Source: Atractiella rhizophila (taxonomy: Eukaryota). From it: DNA of 57,983 bases. The translations under genes and the position numbers were made by a program. Numbering within the stretch: the first letter of the stretch is position 1; each line of letters opens with the position of its first letter. This document shows positions 33,856 to 45,578 of the stretch, in pieces. The stretch covers positions 1-57,983 of the forward strand of contig MU271473.1 of assembly GCA_021432655.1 (NCBI GenBank), given 5' to 3'. The notes beneath the pieces were generated by a model. The model had not been told where the DNA came from. It saw only the letters and a program-made list of their open reading frames with translations, and ran no database searches.

Positions 33856-34741
33856 ATGCAAGTCGACGAGGCCGCCGCCTTTATCACTCTGCTGGATTGG
33901 TCCCCAATGGAACACAGTCATCTTCCAAAGCCGGAAGAAGTCTTCAGATCAAAAGTGCTTTCGGACCAGAGCACGATTGCAACTGTGAGGTTAGTCGACG
34001 GGCGAACTGTTGCGAAGTACGGCAGAAAGGTCTTTGTTCAAGAGGCCAACGCGATGATACTGGCGGCCAGCATCGGTGTGCCAGTCCCAGAGGTATGTTC
34101 TTTTAACTCTTACAAGGAAGCTTCATTGATGCGTGGTTCCGCGTCAGGTATACGGAGCCTATCGATACAACGAGCGGACCTTCATCTTCATGGCTTTCGT
34201 ACCTGGGGAGACGCTTGAACTTGCGTGGGACGGGATGACAGCCGAGCAGAAGGATCGTCTCATACTTGACCTTCGAGAAACACTTGCCTCTCTCCGAAAA
34301 CTCACCTCAACCTACGTCGGTGGCGTAAACAGGGCGCCGTGTGGTGACCCCCTTTTCATGTCCCATCCACACGTTGGCCCGTTTGAAAATGTCTCTGAAT
34401 TTTGTGACGGCCTCTTTGGCAACTTCTTGCATGTCGCCAGAGGATCAGCACATTCCCATCGCTACTTGCGCCGCTTGCTAAGGCGTTACGAACAGTACCC
34501 CATTGTGTTCACCCATGGTGACCTTTCACCTCGCAACATTATCGTAGGCGACGATCACACCTTGCGTGCCATAATCGACTGGGAAATGTCAGGCTTCATG
34601 CCAGCTCCTTGGGAATGGGTGAAAGCCGAGTTTGGGTCAAGAGAAATGCCAGCAGAATGGTTTGCATTGATGGATAGGTGGTTGGAACCTTATGATAAAG
34701 AAGCTCTTATGGACCGTCGATTCAGGATTTCTCTGGGTTGA
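33856..34741 (+). CDS. APH/choline-kinase-like phosphotransferase (APH-A), two exons
   Basis: VAKYG..EANAM..VPVPE|VY..FIFMAFVPGETL; Brenner motif FTHGDLSPRNIIV; IIDWEMSGF; intron 34093-34147. Confidence 0.9.
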
Positions 34742-34768
34742 GGAATATAGAACAGTTTATTTTACAGT

Positions 34769-35166
34769 TTATTGAGCATTTTTCAATGCAGGGGCAAATT
34801 CACAATAGACAAGCAATTCCAGATCAAATGGCTGTAGTATGATTTCCAGGATTGAATTCCAAACAAGAGAATATGCTTCTGATATGGATGCTTGAACCCA
34901 TTCCCAATGGACAGGCATGAACCCCGCTTTCCGCCAACCAACTACTGCACTTAGTCTCCCTCCTTGCATGATTATATGTTGGCGTTGAAAGTTCCCATGA
35001 GAGTTTGTCTTCACTACAAGCGATGAGGCGGCGATGTGAAGCTCTGAAGAAAGGATCTTGTCCGTTGTCGATTTCGATGGCACTCATGATAGCATTGTTG
35101 AAGTCTTCGATGTTGAATATGGGCCCGCGTTGCCATAATTCGCAAGATAAGTAATCGGCGCCTTGT
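34769..35166 (-). pseudogene. 3' half of a diverged APH paralog (APH-B), convergent with APH-A
   Basis: SHGNFQRQHIIM..AVVGWRKAGFMPVHWEWV aligns to THGDLSPRNIIV..AIIDWEMSGFMPAPWEWV; both catalytic Asp are replaced; the 5' half is absent. Confidence 0.75.
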
Positions 35167-35592
35167 TCCTCTGTCCTCTTCTCTCGTGATCAGAGTCCAA
35201 CTCACACTACTCCCCATCAGATCGGAGCAGAAGCTAAATCCGCCATCAGCCATTCTGGGTCCCTTCATGGCGAGGAGACGAAGAAGGACGAGAGAGAGAC
35301 AAACCATCATTTGCACTCCTCTCCATGGCAATGCACGAGTTCTGACCACCTACGCTCGCGTCCATCCACATCCTCAACGCTCAACATTCCCATATTTCCA
35401 TCTAGGAGTGTGGAAGAGAATAACGAGCAAACCGTATCCCTCGAAATACATCTGGAGATTCCACTTTGGATGTTCTTGGGCTGCTTCGCCGTGGTCTCGG
35501 ATGCTGGTGTTCTCGCACTGGGGGAGTGGCTGTGGGACCGTCTCACTTGGGTCTGGTTACGTCAAAGAAGAATAATGACTTCTACAATAAGT

Positions 35593-36939
35593 CTATGCAA
35601 ATCGACCGTCGCCAGCAACAGCAACCACACGCGACATTTGCAAGTCATAAAGACGGGTGGCCAGGATATCTGTGAGCTCTCCGCTCAGACAAACGAGACT
35701 AGGACAATCACGATCGCTGTCCATCCTATCGAGATGGTCGGCTGCCCCTGAAAGATGCGCAACCCGACAACACGCAGCATGAAGTGCCAGGTATTTTGGG
35801 TTCGGTAGGTCCAATTGGGGATTTTGAGTAGTTAGGCGTACCTGGCGAGGAAGCCGATGGTTACGGAACACGAGTCGTTCGTTTCGCGCCTCGATTTTGT
35901 AAACGTTGGATTCCCCCTTGTCGAATTGTGAGTGATAAACCGTCACGATCCAATCTTGGTACTGACCGTTGGCTGAAGCCACAATTTAAGCTTGTCAAAC
36001 CAATCGTGCAATGGCGCGTCCAGCGTCATAACGTTGCTGAGACGGTGTACATTTTGCCCCTCTAGCTCTTTCTGTATTTCAGGATGTCCGAAGGTTTCTA
36101 AAATCGCCCAAGCATTGGAGGCGTACTTGGCCTACGTCGAGCTGGAAACACAAAGAAGGTGCAAAGCTATGGCCTACCTTCGCCTCATCCTCCAAGTTGG
36201 CGTTGGTTGTTTCTGAGAATATCTGAGCGCACTCAGTGCGCCCAATGAGTGCATCACTATTTTCTTCATCCAATATGTCGGATGACAGGTCGGCAGCATC
36301 TTGATCCACCCTCCCACTTAAGACACAACGAAAGCGGTCACGAACCAGTGCCTGTTACAAAATTGAAGATTGAAAATTAAGCGGTAGGCCAGTTACTTAC
36401 GCTTTGCTTAGCTCGACAGTGATCTCTGGGATGAGGGACAAGCCATTCCTCAATCAGTTCACTCTTGCGGTCGAAAGATGGTCGCGAAGGGTGCTCTGAC
36501 ACTTGAGGCGTTGGACCTTTGGCTTTGCGAACTGCGGAAACCAGAACATCGCCGGAACTCAACACCTACCGTAATATGTAACAATCATAAATCACTCACA
36601 CGTGCGAATGAAACATTGGTCATAAAATTCCCCTAACTGGCTGAACATGTCATGACAGGCAGGCGAATCAAAGTTCACGAATTCTCTCGAAGCAGAGATA
36701 ATTGATGTCGCCACGGAATCCTTGCCAGTTTGCGTAGGACAAAACTCCAACAGGCGACCAAGGATTCGGACGTTGATCAACATCTTTTTCAAAACCGCTG
36801 CTTCGCTGCCCCTTGCGTTTTCCATCCTCTCCTTCAAACTTCTCTCCACATCACGACAAAAATTATGGGCGCTCTCGGTATGAGGGGTGTTGCGGAAGTC
36901 TGTTGGCAAGTCCATCGCGCAACTTTTATCGTTGTCCAT
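35593..36939 (-). CDS. HNH_2-type endonuclease-domain protein, multi-exon
   Basis: ALVRDRFRCVLSG; TECAQIFSE; VHRLSNVMTLDAPLHDWFDKLKLWL; LPNPKYLALHAACCRVAHLSGAAD, motifs of the fungal HNH_2 family. Confidence 0.85.
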
Positions 36940-37749
36940 TTCTTCCCTATTTCGTCATAAAGGTAACCCTGACCCTAACCACTTTTCGGGAGCTCTCCCT
37001 TTCACTTTTCATCTACGTACCATTCTGTCCACAACGCATCTCACTTTCCCTCCCTTCTTCTCATTGATCGTATTGTCCATTCATCACTTGCTCACACCAG
37101 CGGTACCGACTACATCGGCCTTCACGTGTGAGAAGGGTACATGAGCAAAAGAGGACTGTGGGGGATAACTACGATGAAAGCCTGGCGATCGTCGAAAATC
37201 ATTCAACATCGCCATGAAAGATCTACCAGAACAACGCTGTCGCGATTTACCCCTCCATGCCGTGTTCCCCATTCCTCTGTGGCAGTTGACGCTCTTAGGC
37301 AGACTAGAGTGGAGGTGACAGGAATGAAATGAGACTGAGAGCAAGCTGATCAGCGGTGCTAACTTTGTGTTGTCCTCCAGTTCTTGAAGCAAATTGCCAG
37401 GGGAAGCGTTGAGTATAATGTCATATGTAGAGAATGCTGCTGAGAACCTCTCAAAGGAGAATTGTTGCTGGATTTTACCTACTGACTTGCATGGCTGGCT
37501 TGTGTTGTCCAGCTGCAAACGGAGTGTCCCATCCGTTGTTCCCACCGTGTTAGACCTCGAATTAAAAGTCTCGAGTGTACACTCCAGTGCTGAAGATGTG
37601 CCGCTAGCCAGTAATATGATCGACGGATGTCTTAACGGCATCGTCTCTGAGGCGGTCAATTTGACGCTCTGAACTGTAACATATTATTTCGATTAACTCT
37701 ACAGCCGAATATTACTCCTAATCCGTCTTCATGTACCTGCGAACTCCCT

Positions 37750-39190
37750 TCACACTGCAATCTTCCCACCATCATGACACTCAACGGCGCCAGACGCGAT
37801 AAAATCAACCTGGGTCAGTCGCCACCAGGGCAAAAGCTGACAAAGGCTCTTCCAGCAGGATTCCATGATTGACCCCAAACTTCTGCTTCCGCGATCAGGG
37901 GTCGGCTTCTTGGGTGCGGAATCACCATCTGAGCAAGAAACTCGCATCCAACCTCCGTGTCCTCTATTGCTCCGAACAGTCACCCCATCCTTTGTGAGCG
38001 CGAGCAAAGATGTCTTGGTCAGGTCGTCTTCCAGACGCACGTCCGCGATATTCAAGCGTTCCAGTGACTTCCAGGGTCTGTCTTGGATCCTCAGCGAGTA
38101 AAGACATTGAATGACAGCTTTAGTCGCGAAACTATTTTTGAACACATCCATATGTTTTGTTCCGTCAGGGAAGAAGGTGAAATCCTCAATGGGACACGGA
38201 GAAAAATAGCCGAGAATTTGAGAGATAGCATCGAAGCTTGAGTGTTGCAACATGTTGGTGATGGAGAGAGATGTCAACTTTGAGGCGGAACACCGTGGGA
38301 TTGAGAAAGGTTGGAAGAAGATGAAAGAGTCGAGTTTCAGAGTCTGGAGGGAACCCTGGCAGCCTTCGACCATCAAATCGATGGGTAGTTCACAGAGATG
38401 ACCCCTGCCTTCGAGAATAAGTTCCTTTGCCCCAAATTCCATATCTTTGATGGTCGCGCTGGTGGTTAGTATGGGTGGAGAAGCAGAAGACCTGATATGC
38501 AATTTATCCAGAAATCTCGTTCGATCCGAAAGGTCTTTCAGAAAGGGTCCCCTTATGGATGGAGTCTGGACCATGATGTCCTTGATGACACTCGGAGAGG
38601 AACAGGCAGCTCGAAGAAGGTGGAGAAACAAGTCATGCGACGGGTCTGCTGGATCTAGAATATCCAGAACCAGAAGGCGTTCTTCTGTGAAAGAGAGGTC
38701 AAAAGCCGGACACACATTCAACGTTTCGAAAGCCTGTAGACTTGAAATGCCAACTCATCGTCAACACTGTGTCGTTTGTGAATATTTGATTCAACTTCAA
38801 CTTCGTCTTCGAGAAACCTGAATGCCATCATGCGATCATCGACCTGGAAGCAAATCCGTTGGATGGACAAAGGGTCAACTCGGTCGGAGCTGAGAAAATG
38901 TGCAGAGCGACGGTGCAATTGTTCACATCACAAAGCAGGCGGCCAATGTCATCCCATGATGTAAAATTTATGCTCAGACATCTCACTTTCTGTAAAATGC
39001 AGCGCGGGAGGTCTTTGAACTGTGCATCGGACTCCCACCACGTCGGGTTAAAGGCCAATGTTCGAAATATTCGGGAGAGTAGAGCTTGTCGTAAACCCCA
39101 GTTACAGCAACTGAGATCTATACAGTCCGACACGGAGAGATGACTAGCTATTCCGTTTAGAAGCTCGTTGGGGAGGTTCAGGAGGGACAT
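37750..39190 (-). pseudogene. F-box family G copy G2, with two single-base deletions
   Basis: ORFs 38828-39190, 38718-38918 and 37750-38721 tile G1; the duplicated block about 37570-39552 matches about 11615-13570, including flanks. Confidence 0.8.
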
Positions 39191-40067
39191 TTTCAGTATG
39201 TTGTTTGGAACGGAGGCAGTAGCTCCTGCCTCTTATAGTGACTACGGATGTCATCCTGCTCTTTGTCCAGAGCCTTGTTGCCCTTGAGGAAAGACATGGT
39301 AGAGCTAGGTATGAGCCAGATTGCCTTTGTACTGACAGCTCAAAGGAACGTGAATGGGATCCTTCTCTTTGTTCACAGCCTTGTTGTCCTTGAGGAACGG
39401 TATGGGTAGAGTTACAACGTTAACAGGGTTGTAAATCTTTTGATAGGAAGTGTTAGACGTATTGCTTGAGAGAACCTTTGGGAGGCTTCGAAAGAAGGTT
39501 ATGAGATTTTTGACTGACCTTGAAGAATTAGACAATATAGCCGTCAGACTGCTGTTTTGTTCAGCATTCCTGTATTGGCTTTAGAAACCAGAAGCAACAC
39601 TTTACGGCGGACAATGCTGAAAATGCCCATCGTAATAGCTACCAGAAGAAAGACGAGGCGCGTCGTGAACTGCAAGGGTCACAAACACAGCTAGCCTTTC
39701 AAAATTTTTCCTACTAGCAGCATCCATAACACTTAACCTCTACGTCGACATCTCACCTTTCAGAGAAGAGGACATCTGAAGTAAAAACAAAGGGAGAGAA
39801 TAGTCCACCTGGGCTTTGTTCCCATTTCCAATTTCAACCCATCTGGCTCAGATCAAAGGGACAAAGCGATATTGACAATGCTTCATAAGAGGTAACTTAT
39901 GACAAATCCAAGTAATGTCGAACCATCAATTTACTAACTACTCCACGGATAAATATACACTATACACTCACCTCCGATCAGCTATCACCAACACAAGCAC
40001 CAAGCATCATCTTCCATCTTCCATCATTCCACATCAATAAACCCTCTTCTCGCCCGCCTGGAGCTCA

Positions 40068-41945
40068 TCATACCTCGGCAACTCCTGTCCAGCCCCCTGA
40101 TGCCTTGCCGCCGAACTGGACGCCACAACCGTCGCCGGCAGAATCGCTCCTATTCCTGCCCTTCTCCTTCGGCGTCGACTCACCGCTTCCCCCACTCAAC
40201 GGGTTCGCCGTCGTCCTCGTCGGCGAAGCGAAGTAATTCAACCCAGCTGCGGCGGGTTGTGTGGATGGGGAATTCGAGGGGGATGAGACGAAAGCTTCGC
40301 GGGCGTTGAGCGCCATAGCTTCTTGCATCGTGATGTGGATCGGAGCGTAGACGACGTATTCTTGTCTGGTCGAGGCGGGGGAGGAGCCGGAGCGTTGGCG
40401 GGTGCTTGAGGAGTGGGGGAGTGGGAGTGGGAGTGGGCGTGGGGGAGAGGGGGGAAGGAGTCCCTCTTCGCCTCCGGGGAGGCGGGGGTGAGCTTGAACG
40501 AGAACGAGGCGGGTTCGTCCGTATACGCTCCACCAGTAGTCGCGGAAGTGGATGAGAGGGAAGGAGACGTCTGTGTGAGGAGGGAGGAGGAGGATTCGCG
40601 GTGCCTTTCCATCCCCATTTGAGAGGGACAGATCCATAGCGGTACTCCGACTCCGATCCTTCGTGTGTCTCCCACCACCAGAAGACGACCCGCTCCCACT
40701 CGCACTCCTGCTTCGACTCCGACTACGCGTACGGCGATGGACCGGATTGTAACCTCCCAACCTAACAGCACCCCCGACCTCGGTTGAAGATCCCCAGACC
40801 TTTCTCGCCGACGCAAGACGATAATATCCCCACACGACCCATACACCATGTCCCAAAACCGCGAGTACGATGAGGAGTAAAAGCGCCCCAAAACCGAGGG
40901 TGGAGCGCCAGCGCTCTTCGCAGCTCTCGATGCCCCAGCCGAGCGTGTCGGAGTCGAGGTCGAAGAACCACGGTGCGTTGTTTGGAGCGTGGGGAGCGGA
41001 GGTGGAGGAGTGGGCGAAGAGGTCGCCTTCGGTGAGCTCGGTGCAGAGGAAGGAAGAGAAGGATTGGGAGATTGCGTGGTCGGGTGGGAGGAGGGAGAGG
41101 AAGAGAAGGGAAGTGATGGAGAGAGTGGAGAGGAAGAGGGTGATGAAGGAGTGCAGAGCAAAGATTCGGAGAGAGGCTAGGTTGTCCTGTAGCAATGAAT
41201 TAGAATCTATATTGAAGAAAGCAAAATCGGGGTTTGAATAGAGCAAAAATGTACGCCGAGCTGACTGAAGAGGCCGAAAATAGCAGTACGCCAAGGTCAG
41301 GGAAGAAGGGACAAGGTGTTTGCCTCAGCATTACAACAAGCGTCAGAGCGAGGACGTTACCCCAAAATCAACGAGCTGCACGCAAAGCAGCTGATTGCTG
41401 GGCTTGGAACCTTCCCACTGCTGCTAACTGGACGGGCAGTCAGGAGTCAGTAGATCTTTCCGCTACCGCAAAGGAATACCGCAACGAGCTTTATAAATGC
41501 AAAAAAAATTCCTTCTCACACCCTTTTCGACATGCATTTCTCTTAAGCCTCCATCCCATGTAAGGGAAGGACGAGCACAGATCTCAACTCTCTGCACGAC
41601 AAAACAAACGTGTGGCTATTTTGGATTTCCCCAGCTGGAGTAAGGACAAAGCTCACCTTAACAGCCCCCCACACTCCTACACAAGCCACCGCCATCCCAA
41701 CGAAACAAATCAGCCTCCCCGCTCCAACGGTGAACCTCCAAATCTCTCCCTTCACCCGATCCTCCATTTCCGCCAGCACCTCATCGTTCGGATAGAGTCC
41801 GGCTAAGGTCGAGTTGAGCGAGAAGTGTAGGGAGAAGGATATGACAGATACGATAAGGAGGGAGGGATACGGCTCGATGATGGTGAAGAGTTTGGGCGGT
41901 GAACGGAGGAGGTGGTGGTGGTGGCCGCTTGAGCGACAGTGACAT
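40068..41945 (-). CDS. Multi-pass membrane protein with a Ser/Pro-rich C-terminal tail (two exons, intron 41187-41656)
   Basis: Hydrophobic segments SLLIVSVISFSLHF, RLICFVGMAVACVGVWGAVK|DNLASLRIFALHSFITLFL, ALLLLIVLAVLGHGVWVVWGYY; Cys pair in the loop; needs one frameshift just after ATG 41945. Confidence 0.65.
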
Positions 41946-42687
41946 GGCGGAGGTGGTGATTAGACGCCCACGACGTCGTTAGTCTTTATTATGTTGGTTT
42001 GAAGTTTCGAGCGATGTTGAAGGAATGAAAGTGAAGTTGGTCGTTCCTTTGGTCGTTGCAGGGCGACTTTGGTTCCGGCAGGAGCACATCAACGTTGCAT
42101 CAACTATGCTCCAATTACGACCAACAGCTAACTTTCTGACGTCGCTGAAACAATTTCCTAATTTCCGTCTGTTAAGAGATTGTATCTGACGCTGCAAATG
42201 GATCCATGAAGGGTGGACTCTTTCTAGCGGCCCTGGGTGAATGAAGGTGTGTGGCAAGATATCTTCTTTAAGCAAAGTAATCATTCACAAGCTGGCTGAG
42301 GATATTTACGTCCACTAGTCTATTATCAAAACCTCCTGAGCAATTTAGTGCGCTTGTATACGTTTGCGGCAGGTTGAAAACCGTTGCTTCAATGGCGCAG
42401 TCTAGTTATTTAGTCCGATTTGGGAAGGCTGAGAAGCGCAGGAATGAGCATCTCAGCCTTTTCAGCTATGTCAACGGAGGAAGCCACCCAAAGCTCTCTG
42501 CCGTTGGAACCCGTGTGATTGCTTTCAGGCTCAACTTGAAGTTGTTGAATTCGACGGTTGAACGGCGAAGAAACATAGGGTGTCTGGAGGACGATTGGCC
42601 CTTGCCATAGAAGGCATATGCTTAATTGCCCATCAAGCATCCAGGTTGATGGTAAAGACAAGTTGCAAGGTGCTTTTACCGCCTTCA

Positions 42688-42712
42688 NNNNNNNNNNNNN
42701 NNNNNNNNNNNN
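42688..42712. other. Assembly gap (25 N)
   Basis: Run of N. Confidence 1.
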
Positions 42713-45578
42713 TTTCCAGAAACAAGTTCTCCGGTTACGCTACTATGACCGTCGGTCGTAGCCACACGGTCAGGGTCTCCATACAAGAAAATTGAGAATG
42801 TTCCTTCGAAGTAACTACGCACCAAGGCGCAGTCCATATGCCCCGGATAGCTATGTTGCTCGTCTGGAAGTAGAAGTACCGAAAGCATGGACCCCTCTGC
42901 GAACTTGAACGCACCCTGCCCTACTGTCGGCTCGTCTTCCTAGCAGAGTATGAACTGGAAGCCCTTTGTGAACGGAGAGAGGCTTTTGAGTGGAGTTGGA
43001 TGCAGCCACCGCATTTGTCCCGCGGCACACCACTGGGGGAAAAGTACAGGGTAGGTGTGCAACCGGGCAAACTTTTACAGAGACTTAAAACACTGCCGGA
43101 GAAACCGTTGAAGAACGTACAGCGGTCTCCTAGTCGTGTAAGGGTAGCAATGAACGCGGCGAACGATTCCGCAATGCTTGTCATGGGGTAACACAAGTGG
43201 GTACCACTGGAAAGTGGAGCGTTGTAATAGCATCCGCTGCTAGTGTGGAACGCACGGTATTAGCTGACCCTTTACAGTCCGAAGTACGGTCGAGGAACCC
43301 TTACCCACTTTCGGCTCAAACCCAGTTCTCTTTACGGTCGTCTTACCAAACGTAACTACCTATCCACCAACCTTGGAATACTATTTCTTCGAGAATACCT
43401 GGCAGCTAAGTCCTAAAGAGACCCAACTCCTTATATCTTGTCAAATAAAATGTCAAATAACTCGTAAAAAGTTACGTCCCCGTTTAAGTGTTATCTGTTC
43501 GTTAAGGTCTAGTTTACCGACATCATACTAAAGGTCCTAACTTAAGGTTTGTTCTCTTATACGAAGACTACACCTTCCAACTTGGGTAAGGGTTGCCTGT
43601 CCGTACTTGGGCGAAAAGCGGTTGGTTGATGACGTGAATCAGAGGGAGGAACGTACTAATATACAACTGCAACTTTCAAGGGTATTCTTTTATGGCCTTC
43701 AAAACAGAAGCGATGTTCGCTACTCCGCCGCTGCTCCCCGAGACTTCTTTCCTAAAGCAGGCAACAGCTAAAGCTACCGTGAGTACTATCGTAACAACTT
43801 CAGAAGCTGACAACTTATACCCGGGCGCAACGGTATCAAGCGTTCTATTCATTAGCCGCGGTACAAATGCGGTGGCTGCATCCAACTTCACTCAAAAGCC
43901 TCTCTCCGTTCACAAAGGGCTTCCAGTTCATACTCTGCTAGGAAGACGAGCCGACAGTAGGGTAGGGTGCGTTCAAGTTCGCAGAGGGGTCCATGCTTTC
44001 GGTACTTCTACTTCCAGACGAGCAACATAGCTATCCGGGGCATACGGACTGCGCCTTGGTGCGTAGTTACTTCGAAGGAACATTCTCAATTTTCTTGTAT
44101 GGAGACCCTGACCGTGTGGCTACGACCGACGGTCATAGTAGCGTAACCGGAGAACTTGTTTCTGGAAAGACGGCATGAAGCGTTGTCAAGCGGGCAGCTG
44201 ATCGGAGTGTCAACGTTAGCACGAGACCAGGCTTTCGTGAAAACTAGACTTCTGAAGAAGGCCGAAACCTTCTACGGACACAAGGTAACCCCTGGTTAGG
44301 TCGTCTCACTATTTCCGTCGGAGCAGCTGAACGTAGACCAATTCGTATGCAATTGGAAAGTTTTAGTCGTTGTCCGGTCCCTACACATGGTAGCCGTAGC
44401 GAAACGACTGTATTATAATGTCAAAGGTTGGTACACAACCTCTATTCGCTGTTTGTCACTGTTAATACCAGTGTACTTACGGGGCGTTACGGGGCGTTAC
44501 ATTTTATGTGTGTATATGGGGGGAGTGTTCCTAAAAAAGGGAAGTGCGAAGGGTCACACTATCCTTCTTAGGATCCACTCAAAGAAGACGTTACATACGA
44601 AGGGTCACGCTATCCTTCTTAGGATCAGAGTTGTCCAATACTCGGGTTTTGAGATCGGCCTCTTTTGGGAATAGAGCGTGGGCGTGGATTGTTGTCTGAA
44701 ACCTGGGATAGTTGTTCCTCGTCCCCAACCTCTAATCTAATAAAAGTCGTCCCCTAGCCACGTATGGGATCTGATCGTCCTAGCCGCATAAGACTGATCC
44801 TCGACTTCCATGATAGTTGTCACTCACTAGTTTAGAACTATTCCTATTTCCTCAACACAACCTCACGACGTAAACCTTTGACATTTGTTCAGAGATGTGG
44901 TCCGTTGCATGGTTCAGTGCCTTCTTCAGGTATCCGGAAGAAGAACCCTGGAGACAAATGTCATGCGGGAACACTATAACAGTCTGTCAGAAAATCTGAC
45001 GAAATAGTGTATCGTTCCTGCAGTTAGTAGGATATTATCACGTCATTGGGAGTTGAAACCTCAAGAACAATTCAAACCAATGTTTGACATATAGAGTAAG
45101 GTTTGTTGGATAGTTATTTGGCGTCTAATCAGAGTTCTACAGAATGCGAAGGTGAAAGCAGAGACTTTTTGAGTTACTATGTTTGATGCGTTATACCAGG
45201 CTTCTTTACAAACGGAAGGAGGTCTGCTTTGCTCGTCCCTCTTAGTAGGAACCCTGTCTTTGAGCAGGACATCTGGTAAGAGAAGGACTCTTTGGATGCT
45301 CATAGCTAATAGTCTTCGTTGAACTTCACCTCTTCTCTGTCTGTCTAACCCTACTCGCTTTTCTTCGTCGATACCCTATAGATGCAGAAAGCTAACTCTT
45401 ATCAGCTGCCGTACTTCGCAACAGTTCGCCCGTCGACTAGCCTCACAGTTGCAATCGTGCTCTGGTCCGAAAGCACTTTTGATCTGAAGACTTCTTCCGG
45501 TGTTGGAAGATGAAGATGACTGTGTTCCATTGAGGACCAATCCAGCAGAGTGATAAAGGCAGCCTCGTCGACTTGCAT
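42713..45578 (-). CDS. APH-A', near-identical second copy; 5' part 45578-45406 normal, remainder 42713-43428 mirrored
   Basis: Same intron and same HGDLSPRN and DWE motifs; only in-frame indels seen; TGA at 43426-43428 in the complement. Confidence 0.88.
43456..44335. CDS. Chimeric APH gene (APH-A 5' half + APH-B 3' half), read right to left on the displayed strand without complementing
   Basis: MQVDE...YVGGVNMAP then ITYLANYGNAGPYSTVEDFNNAIMSAIE...GFMPVRWEWVQ...ALKNAQ*; lacks HGD and DWE. Confidence 0.78.
44435..45405. mobile_element. 5' end of a family-C Copia element inside the mirrored block (LTR 44435-44634, PBS 44635-44646, gag from 45138)
   Basis: Complement reads TGTTGGAGATAAGCGAC...TCTCAACA GGTTATGAGCCC, matching the LTR at 23649-23845; gag MSYASTFVSEKLNDTNYAIWSEEMFAFLQTK...WDERKEAAMGYLRLSIE. 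Confidence 0.9.

Larger units (their letters stand above)
42713..45405. other. Reversed-but-not-complemented block 2 (2693 bp)
   Basis: The complement of 42713 onward, read left to right, is near-identical to 34026-35161. The normal minus-strand kinase ends ...GTACGGCAG at 45406 and resumes AAAGGTCTTTG at 42713, exactly as in APH-A. Confidence 0.97.

Noticed and set aside
37084..37659. 191-aa minus-strand ORF
   Set aside because: Non-ATG start, partly within the duplicated 3' flank of G2, and no recognisable motif.
42685..45303. ORF-track peptides such as MLSVLLLPDEQHSYPGH repeated on both strands
   Set aside because: Chance frames of mirrored kinase DNA; the repetition reflects the inverted repeat, not a real protein.
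23649..45405. Family-C Copia 3' end (23.6 kb) and 5' end (44.4 kb) as one giant element
   Set aside because: The flanking 5-mers differ (GCTCC vs CCATG), the LTRs have several mismatches, and host genes lie between them.
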